The notes beneath the pieces are model-generated. The model had not been told where the DNA came from, searched no databases, and saw nothing but the letters and a program-made list of their open reading frames with translations. Of a stretch of 64,000 bases of DNA, positions 28,037-36,400 are shown one piece after another. Each line of letters begins with the position of its first letter. Within the stretch, counting starts at the first letter, position 1. A program made the translations under genes and the position numbers. Source of the DNA: a virus; the IMG/VR virus record IMGVR_UViG_3300008262_000014, positions 1 to 64,000 of that record. One strand, 5' to 3'.

Positions 28037-29476
28037 TTATTGTTTCACTATTTTAAATGATTTTACATTATCTATATTCACTATATAAATACCTGAAGAA
28101 TATTTACTAATATCAATTGTATTTATCTTTTGAAGATTTCTTATTGATTTTAACAGAGTTCCCGTTATTGAATATATTCTTATTTCTGTAAAATTATTTC
28201 TATTAGGAAGATTAACAAAATAAATACCATTATTTGTATCTCCATTTACTGTAATTGAATTTATTATAGTCTGTGAATTTGTTACCCATTCACTAGGTTC
28301 AAAATTAAGAGCTGTTTGACCATCGAATACCCCTGTTATATTATAACTCCCTAACATACCATAATTGTAGATGTTAGAATTCTCTGTGTTACTTACAGCT
28401 AAGTAATAAATTCCAGGATTTAAAGTAGTGTCTATTAAAACATCAACTTTTGTTAGTGGGTTATACTCACCTATGAGAATATCGTTTCTATATAGTTGTA
28501 GTTTAATATCTATATTAGCACCTTGATTAGGTGTGTTATCTTTTGGTTCAAAAGCGTCAAAAAATATTTTAGGACCAGGACTATAAGGTTTGGTATCTAC
28601 TTTAAATTGTCCTGTTTTTGTATAATCAAATCGGTAATAATCTACATCATCAGTTGTATTGATTATTCCACTAATTGTGTAGTTTTTATCTAACATTAAC
28701 TTAGCATTTGTTCTATCATTCCCAACATCATCAGTTCTATATTTCACAAAGTTTGCCGTGTTAGTTATTATTGATAAATCATTTTGAAATGTTGTACATG
28801 TTAATGTTCGGTCATTATGCCAAAGACTTAAATTTCTAAAATACGAAACACCCATTATAGGTGCCCAACTAGTTTCACTTTTTGCTGTCCCTCTACCTGA
28901 ATGATATTCGGTATTAAACCTACAAGTATCTGTGTTTACAAAGTTATATTGTGATTGATGATAAAGTCCTAATGTATGTCCTACTTCATGTGAAACGGCT
29001 TCTGCAACATCTTTATCATCACCCCTTAGTAAACTTGAGAAAACAAAACAAGGAACAGTTCCGAAACCGGCTGGTCCATATCTCCATGATTCAATATAGG
29101 CAACCCCACCAACATTACCGTACCATTGCCAACTTTGAGTAATTATAACTCTCATCCTTCTTGTTACAGGTGTTGCCAAAAACACAGATGAATCTGTTGT
29201 TACATTTATTGTAAACGGTCTAAAATCTTCAGATACAAGATTGAAGACTCGTAACATCTGTGCAGTGGTAAGAGATGTATCAGGTAAACAAACAAATGGT
29301 TGATTATTTGTGAAAAATGTCCAATATGGGTCTGTTACAGTTTGACCATCAAAATCAAGTAAAATGGTTCCTGTGTTTGGTGCTGTATAACTATTTAAAC
29401 CGTAAGGTATTTGTGCTTTTATTCCAAGAATAAAACATAAAAGTATTAAAAATAAAAGTAATATTCGTTTCTTCAT
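28037..29476 (-). CDS. Secreted zinc metalloprotease (metzincin) with PPC-like domain and T9SS type-A C-terminal sorting domain
   Basis: Signal peptide; HEVGHTLGLYH and Met-turn APIMG; DDVDYYRF; C-terminus IYSITGTLL...IDISKYSSGIYIV...KIVKQ. Confidence 0.85.
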   Translation of the reverse strand: MKKRILLLFLILLCFILGIKAQIPYGLNSYTAPNTGTILLDFDGQTVTDPYWTFFTNNQPFVCLPDTSLTTAQMLRVFNLVSEDFRPFTINVTTDSSVFLATPVTRRMRVIITQSWQWYGNVGGVAYIESWRYGPAGFGTVPCFVFSSLLRGDDKDVAEAVSHEVGHTLGLYHQSQYNFVNTDTCRFNTEYHSGRGTAKSETSWAPIMGVSYFRNLSLWHNDRTLTCTTFQNDLSIITNTANFVKYRTDDVGNDRTNAKLMLDKNYTISGIINTTDDVDYYRFDYTKTGQFKVDTKPYSPGPKIFFDAFEPKDNTPNQGANIDIKLQLYRNDILIGEYNPLTKVDVLIDTTLNPGIYYLAVSNTENSNIYNYGMLGSYNITGVFDGQTALNFEPSEWVTNSQTIINSITVNGDTNNGIYFVNLPNRNNFTEIRIYSITGTLLKSIRNLQKINTIDISKYSSGIYIVNIDNVKSFKIVKQ

Positions 29477-29479
29477 AAA

Positions 29480-29914
29480 TTAATCGGGTATTAAATCGGA
29501 CATTTCTTTTTTATACCAATAATTATTTTCCAATATTAAAACGTCTTTATGTTCTTTACTCATTAGAATTGCTTTGTAAACGTGTTCTCCTGTTTCTGTT
29601 GTAATATCAGTATAAATTAATATTAAATTTTGTACTTCAAGAGAATTTACAGTTAATGAGATTAATTTATCTGTTTTAATAAATCTTGTAATTATACCCT
29701 CAAATTTAGTATGTGTTGTAACACGTAAACTAACAATATCATGTCTTTCCACTTTTGATAATTGTTCAATAAAAATAGGTTGTAATTTTGATATAAGAGA
29801 ATCTTTAATAAAAAAATAGGGTTTATTTTTATCTCTTTCTTTTCTTGTTTGAAATTCTTGTGCAAATGAAAAAGATGATAAAAGAATAAATAAAATTGTT
29901 ACTATTTTTTTCAT
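29480..29914 (-). CDS. Secreted hypothetical protein
   Basis: Signal peptide MKKIVTILFILLSSFSFAQ. Confidence 0.75.
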   Translation of the reverse strand: MKKIVTILFILLSSFSFAQEFQTRKERDKNKPYFFIKDSLISKLQPIFIEQLSKVERHDIVSLRVTTHTKFEGIITRFIKTDKLISLTVNSLEVQNLILIYTDITTETGEHVYKAILMSKEHKDVLILENNYWYKKEMSDLIPD

Positions 29915-29925
29915 ATAATTTTTTT

Positions 29926-30897
29926 TTAAAAACCTACCAATTGTCTAATTACCAAACTATCATTTTGAAAATTTGTACAACTTAAAGAAGTAGGACCAAT
30001 CCACCAATATCCTATTCTTGCATATGAATTACCCATAATAGGGGCTCTTGATGTTGATCCTGTACCAAATCCAGAATTATATTCAGATAAAAATACACAC
30101 ATGTCACTATAAGATGATTGATGATAAAGACCCAATGTGTGCCCTACTTCATGAGAACACGCTTCAAATATATTTTTTTGTTTATATCCGAGTGCTTTAC
30201 TAAATACAAAACATGGAACGTCTAATCCCCATTTAATAGATTCTATATAAGCCACCCCTCCAGCACAAGCAGTTGGCCCACAATAGAACTCAAAGTTTTC
30301 TGTTATTATCACTCTCTGTCTTCTTACAAGAGAAGCCGCATTGTAAACATTTGAATCTGTTGTTACGGCTATTGATGTAAATTGACTAAAATCTTTTCTA
30401 ACAGAGTCTACGATATTATTTATTTCAACTGTACTAAGACCTGAAGGAGTCGCATAAAAAGGCTGTCCTCCGTTTTGAGGAGTCCAATACGGATTTGTAA
30501 CATACTGCCCATCAAAATCTAAAAATATAACCCAATTCCCGAATGATGGGGGAGGAGGAAAAGGTGTAGCATCACAAGCATCTCCTATCCCATCTTTATC
30601 ACTATCTAGTTGGTCGGGGTTAAAAGTTACCGAACAATTATCTTGTGCGTCAGTTATACCGTCTTTATCCGTGTCTCTTGTTTTTCCACCACCTCTCCTA
30701 AGGGCAATTTGCCGATCTTTAGGTGACATCCTTGCAACAGTATTAAATTGAGTAATACCAAAATCACAGGTTTCAGGTGATTTTTTCTTTAATAGAAATT
30801 GATTTTTTTCTTGGTTTTCAGATATCAAAGATAAGTCATCTGTCATTTTATGACAAGAAAAGATAAAAACAATCAACAAAAGTAATAGTTTTTTCAT
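29926..30897 (-). CDS. Lipoprotein zinc metalloprotease with thrombospondin type-3 Ca-binding repeat
   Basis: Lipobox IFSC; DTDKDGITDAQDNC...DSDKDGIGDACD; HEVGHTLGLYH; APIMG. Confidence 0.85.
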   Translation of the reverse strand: MKKLLLLLIVFIFSCHKMTDDLSLISENQEKNQFLLKKKSPETCDFGITQFNTVARMSPKDRQIALRRGGGKTRDTDKDGITDAQDNCSVTFNPDQLDSDKDGIGDACDATPFPPPPSFGNWVIFLDFDGQYVTNPYWTPQNGGQPFYATPSGLSTVEINNIVDSVRKDFSQFTSIAVTTDSNVYNAASLVRRQRVIITENFEFYCGPTACAGGVAYIESIKWGLDVPCFVFSKALGYKQKNIFEACSHEVGHTLGLYHQSSYSDMCVFLSEYNSGFGTGSTSRAPIMGNSYARIGYWWIGPTSLSCTNFQNDSLVIRQLVGF

Positions 30898-30930
30898 GTG
30901 ATATTGTTTATTATAAATATCACATGAAAA
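30891..30930 (-). promoter_or_regulatory. Start-codon-occluding hairpin containing the putative late promoter
   Basis: Perfect 15-bp inverted repeat TTTTCATGTGATATT/AATATCACATGAAAA includes the ATG at 30897; TATTTATA at 30912-30919. Confidence 0.75.
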
Positions 30931-30935
30931 TTAAT

Positions 30936-31352
30936 TTATATGTTAGATAATTGAAAGTGCATACCATCTTTACGATTCCATGTACCACCCCAATCAAAAC
31001 CTGCATCAGTAAAACATTTTACAAACCCCGCAGATAATGTTGGTTCTTTACCCAATCCATTCCAAGCCGCATTTACATCAATGGCAATACCCCAAGAGTG
31101 AAGAGACATAGAACTTAATCCTCTTTTCTTACGAATGTTAAAACATCCATCCCAAGTTCTTAGTTCATTTATGTGTCCTCTTGAAATTAGATTAGTAAAG
31201 GCATGTGTTAATGGTTGTACTAGATCTCTATTACAATAAATCTTTTTAGGGATCACACCAATTTCTAAATTAGATGGTACATCCCATACTACCATTCCTC
31301 TTTCTAATGTCGGATCACCGTACTTTTTTAATGCTTTTTGACTTGTTACCAT
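30936..31352 (-). CDS. M15 family peptidase (endolysin-like)
   Basis: R...SLHSWGIAIDVN...WGG...DGMHFQ. Confidence 0.9.
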   Translation of the reverse strand: MVTSQKALKKYGDPTLERGMVVWDVPSNLEIGVIPKKIYCNRDLVQPLTHAFTNLISRGHINELRTWDGCFNIRKKRGLSSMSLHSWGIAIDVNAAWNGLGKEPTLSAGFVKCFTDAGFDWGGTWNRKDGMHFQLSNI

Positions 31353-31364
31353 AATTTTTAAATT

Positions 31365-31784
31365 TTATATTATTTTATACCACCATAACCACCCAAATAA
31401 TCTTACAACATAATATCTTAGATAGTTATCGAATTTATTTGAATTTGTTAAATTTGTCCAAAATAACATTTCTTTATCCACCTCTTTTCTATTCATATTG
31501 TGATTTCTATTAACATATAATACATCGTGTACTAAATAACCAAAAAGACCATCATTGTATGGTCTTACGATTGACCATAACCATTTAGGTACGGTTGACA
31601 TATCATAATAAAATCCCTTACCAATATTTATGATTTTTCCATTACTCAAGTTTACTGTAATAGGTTCTGATATTTTCCAATATTTTGAACTTTTATCAGA
31701 ATAAACATAGGATTGGATGATTAGTTCATCTGTCATTAATTTCTCAACGACATTGTCTTTAGTTATATAACCTCGACTTACCAC
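31365..31784 (-). CDS. DUF1353 family protein
   Basis: GFYYDMSTVP...LVHDVLY...RKEVD...VRLFG. Confidence 0.8.
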   Translation of the reverse strand: MVSRGYITKDNVVEKLMTDELIIQSYVYSDKSSKYWKISEPITVNLSNGKIINIGKGFYYDMSTVPKWLWSIVRPYNDGLFGYLVHDVLYVNRNHNMNRKEVDKEMLFWTNLTNSNKFDNYLRYYVVRLFGWLWWYKII

Positions 31785-32142
31785 TTGAAATAGATGATTC
31801 GATTATTGATAAATTATTTGATCTAATTTCGTTAATGTTAACATTTAATTGTATCCATTCATCATTACCAGCACTTACACCGGCAGTAATTTGTGGTACC
31901 AATAAATCTAACATTTCCGTATTAATCATATTAAAACTACCCTCAGGTTTCTGTGATAAAATTTGGAATACTGTTGTAATTGTATTCACATCGGATTCTA
32001 CGGTAACCATATCATCGTCACCAACACCAGAACACGCATTTTGTATTTTGTGTAATGTTGAAAATGATGAGTATGCTGCAAACCCAAATAATATTTCTGC
32101 GATTAAGTAATAATGTTTAGCTTTTAATTCTACTTGTATCAT
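31759..32142 (-). CDS. Hypothetical protein
   Basis: 127 aa; TATTTATA upstream. Confidence 0.7.
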   Translation of the reverse strand: MIQVELKAKHYYLIAEILFGFAAYSSFSTLHKIQNACSGVGDDDMVTVESDVNTITTVFQILSQKPEGSFNMINTEMLDLLVPQITAGVSAGNDEWIQLNVNINEIRSNNLSIIESSISSGKSRLYN

Positions 32143-32197
32143 GATATTTTTATTTATAAATATTCGATTAATTTAATTTTACAAAAATTGACTTTTA

Positions 32198-33433
32198 TTA
32201 TCTACTTATTTCTTCCCAATCCATTGATCCGAGAACATTACCTCCACCACCTCCAGCATCAGAAGCAACCACAACAGTAAGTTCAAATGGAGTTGATGTT
32301 AATCCATTTCTTTCAAGCTGTGTTTTGAAAAGTGCCTCTTTAAGAATATCAACCTGAGTTGACCCTTGGTTTGACACACTAAAAAACCCACTTGCAAGTA
32401 TTCTTCCTCCCGCAAAAGCAGTTCCTGATATGTTGTATTCTACAGAAGCACTATCTCCTGCACTAACCCAAGTACCACCTGTTGTAGTTCCACCTGCCAC
32501 TACCTGCCAATTATAATTTCCTGTACTAGTTGCCATTATAGAAATTGCTGTACATATTACTATTGCATCTAAACGATTAGGAGATGTTTTAAGACGTAAA
32601 CTTACGATGGGATAAAATGTTCCAGCAACCGTTAATGTTCTTGGAGTAGTTACAGGAATACCCACAGCCTGTTGTAATCCATTAAGTTGGTATCCTCCTT
32701 CAGATAGTACAGTGGAACATATTTGTTTCAATGTACTAGCACCACTTGTATCACCTGTATTTGTTATTTCATATCTAAGTGGTAAAGAAGCAGTTGTGAT
32801 ATAGGTAGAATCAATAAAATTAGCATGATGAAACTTATGACAAACATAATAATTTCCATCTATAACAAATCCCATTCTAACTGTTCCAAGACCTAACCAC
32901 TCAATATCCATAAATAATATTTGAGCTTTTGTAATATCTAATACCACACCAGAAGGTCCAGTACCGTCCATTTTATCAACATTCCATGCTGATTGATTTA
33001 CTACAGATTCAGTAACTACTCCAGTAACCAAACTTCTTTCAACAAAGCTAAGAGTAGAATTATTTAATTGAAGATATAAACCATTTTGAGCCCCATAATA
33101 TCCAACTCTTTGTCTGAGGTTAGTCTTAGCAGGACTCATTACAAACGTACTGAGTATCAACAAACTCTTACCTGGTTGATATGAAAATACTTTTATGGTT
33201 TCTCTTACAACAGATGATCCAGAAGCCGCTGTAACATTTAATTCAACAAGTCCTTGGTTCTCATTAAATACAACTGTAGCACTAGTGCCCGTAGCTGTAG
33301 ACCACAATGCATTATCATCAAATCTATGACTAGAATCAAATAATGTAAAAGGTGTACTAACTCTCAACCTACCAAATGCATCTATGTTGGGAGAGTTTGC
33401 ATATTTTATTGAATTATTAAAGATATATGACAT
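32198..33433 (-). CDS. Putative virion structural protein
   Basis: DAFGRLRVSTPFTLFDS...YQPGKS...EWLGLGTVRMG, beta-rich; follows the tail fibre. Confidence 0.7.
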   Translation of the reverse strand: MSYIFNNSIKYANSPNIDAFGRLRVSTPFTLFDSSHRFDDNALWSTATGTSATVVFNENQGLVELNVTAASGSSVVRETIKVFSYQPGKSLLILSTFVMSPAKTNLRQRVGYYGAQNGLYLQLNNSTLSFVERSLVTGVVTESVVNQSAWNVDKMDGTGPSGVVLDITKAQILFMDIEWLGLGTVRMGFVIDGNYYVCHKFHHANFIDSTYITTASLPLRYEITNTGDTSGASTLKQICSTVLSEGGYQLNGLQQAVGIPVTTPRTLTVAGTFYPIVSLRLKTSPNRLDAIVICTAISIMATSTGNYNWQVVAGGTTTGGTWVSAGDSASVEYNISGTAFAGGRILASGFFSVSNQGSTQVDILKEALFKTQLERNGLTSTPFELTVVVASDAGGGGGNVLGSMDWEEISR

Positions 33434-33444
33434 ATGTTAAAATT

Positions 33445-36400
33445 TTATATTATCCACCAATTATTATTTCTTGCTATTAATGTTAATGATATATAGTTTA
33501 TGTTCATATCGGCATATGAACCACCATCTATTGTTCCCGTTGGTGGTATTAATCTTATTCTGTAAGTACCACTATAACCACCTTCATCTTTTATTATTAT
33601 ACTTGCACCATCATTATTAACCGGTGATGGTAATGTTAAATTTACATTTCCACTATAACTAACACCATAATAACTAATTGATGTTGTTAACGTTTGTGAT
33701 GACACTGTGATTCCTGTTGTTGTGTATGTATTTATACCTGTAATACTATCTAAATTTCTGTATCTAATAACACCATTAGAGTCACTTGTTAATATTCTAG
33801 TATCGGTATTTCCACTCTGTAATCCTCCAAATCTAACAGGATTTGTAGAACCTGATACAAATAATTTATTCCCACTATCAACTGTTGTACCTATCAAGGT
33901 ATTTCCTGAAACACTATTTAAAATATTTGTACCTGTTGTATTTTGATATGCGATGTGTGTTACACCAGTCATACCAGACAATGTAGGGTTATAATATATA
34001 CCTCTAATTGTTGTAGTATAAATACTAGTATTATTTATAACAGGATCAATCAATAATGTATTGGCATCCCATCCATTTGTATTTGGACTTTCCCAACCTA
34101 AATTTATATTTACTATTGATGAATTTCCTTGAAAATAACTTCTAGTTAAACCATATCCACCTCTTCTAACAAACGCCCATTTATCTTTTGCACCACCTTG
34201 TTCATCTTCAATGATAAAAGTAACATTATTATTTCCTGGTCTTCTCCACAATCCAACATAGGCGGTTGGTTGTGTGGTTGATGTCGTATTTATTTCAAAT
34301 CCACCTACTCTTAAATTTTGTGTTACTACACCATTTCCATTTACATGTAAATTACCTGTAGAACTTATATTTGTTCTCAATGTTTGATTAAGTGAAGGAG
34401 GATTACAACCAGAACCATCACAAGACGGAGATAAGCCGGTGTCGGTATAAGACAGAGTTGTTGTACTAAATTCAGTAGTGAATGTTGTATAATATCTATT
34501 TGTACCGTTCCATGGGTTTGTTCTATATATTCTATATTGTGATACCCCATAAATTGCGGTCCAAGTAAGTTGTACCGAATTAGTTGTTCCACCAGAGATT
34601 GTTACAGATGTTGCAGTACCTGCTGGTGTGGTATAATTTAAGTTATCAACCGCAACAATTCTATATGAATATGTTGTTCCTGTTGTGTCTCCCGTGAGTG
34701 AACCCCCAATTGCAGATACTGTTGCAGATGGTTGTGATGGTGTTGATATAGTACCAACACCAAAATTACTTTGTATTCTTGTTACACCATAACTGTCAAA
34801 CTTATGACCGGAATCTGTTGTTGAACCGATGATTATGTTTCCATTATTTCTAAAATACGCACCAAATGTTGAGGTATTGTCAGAAGGTCCACCAACCAAC
34901 CATTCACCACTTAATTGACCTGTTGTGAAATTTCCTGCGTATATTCTAAATTTATACCCTTCTTGTTCCATCCAACTCCACCAGTTACCGTTAAAACCAC
35001 CAGTATTGCCTGCTGGTCTAAATGTTAATCTAGTCCTAAAAGGATTTAGTGTAGTACTCTCATCAGAAATTTCAACAATACCGTCGTTTGAGTTCCCATA
35101 TATGGAACCATACCCATAACTAGAACCAATGACGACACCCGCATTTTTGGTTCTTAAATCAATATATGTCCTATTAGAAGTCGAACCAGTATATGTTGGG
35201 GATATATCCACACCCACATAGGTACTAGTTCCTGTTGTTGTTGCACCTATTATGGGTGAAAACAAAGTACCAATTGTTGTGCCGGTAGGTGCGTTTATCG
35301 TTGGAGAAAAAGTTGTTTGTGGATTAATAGTTAGTGTATAACCACTTGTTGTTGATAATGTCCTATCACTGTTTAGTGTCCCATTACTATTGTATATGTT
35401 AGCAAAATCGGATATATTTCTATATTTAATAACACCATTATCATCACTAGATAATATCCTAGTATCCGTTGTACCACTTTGTAAACCGACTAATCTAATT
35501 GGGTCTGATGTGTCTTCTACATGTAATCTATTTAATGGTGATACGACACCAATACCTATTTTACCATTTGAGGTTGGAGAATCACTTGGACTTCCACCAG
35601 AAGTATCAAAATTAGTATTAGTACCAAATAAAACACCACCAATGTTAATAGAATCTGTAGTTCCATTTGGTAATGTAATAGAATTACCAATAATAATATT
35701 ATTTTTACCTATTTTACTAAAACCAAATCTAGGTGTACCAACATTAAAACCTATTAATGTTGAATATGATGCATTAGTTGAATTGTTACCAGCCAAATAA
35801 CCAATAAAATTAGAAAAACTGGCATTAGTGGCGTTTGAACCTGCACCAGTCCCCATAAATGTTGATCCCGATGCATACACCGCATTACTACCTGCAGAAT
35901 TACCTATAAAATTTGAATCAAACCCCTTTACTTGTCTATCAAAACCAATGTAAGTAACACCTGTAACACCATAACCCGCATTCGCACCGATAAAATTTGA
36001 AAATCCCGCATTCAATGAATTATAACCAGCAGAATTACCTATAAAGTTTGATTTATAGGCATTTTTAGCACTACTACCGGCAACCTCACCAATAAAATTT
36101 GAATTATCATTATCATTACCATTACTACCTGCACTGTAACCGATAAATGTTGACCTTGAAGCACCGGTAGTGCTTCTACCGGCATATGAACCAAATGATA
36201 TTTGGTCAAAACTTAACGACTCTGTGTTCTGCCCCAAAGCAAAGGAACCACTACCACTACTACCTGTTACAACAACTGGTTTAAGGTAAGGTAAAACTCC
36301 TGGAGTTTCACTACTTTCTGAATACCATTTAGGAACACCTTCTAAGTTTCTTCCATCACCATAAAAGGTACCGCCACTTATTGTTGTTGCACTTATCGTA

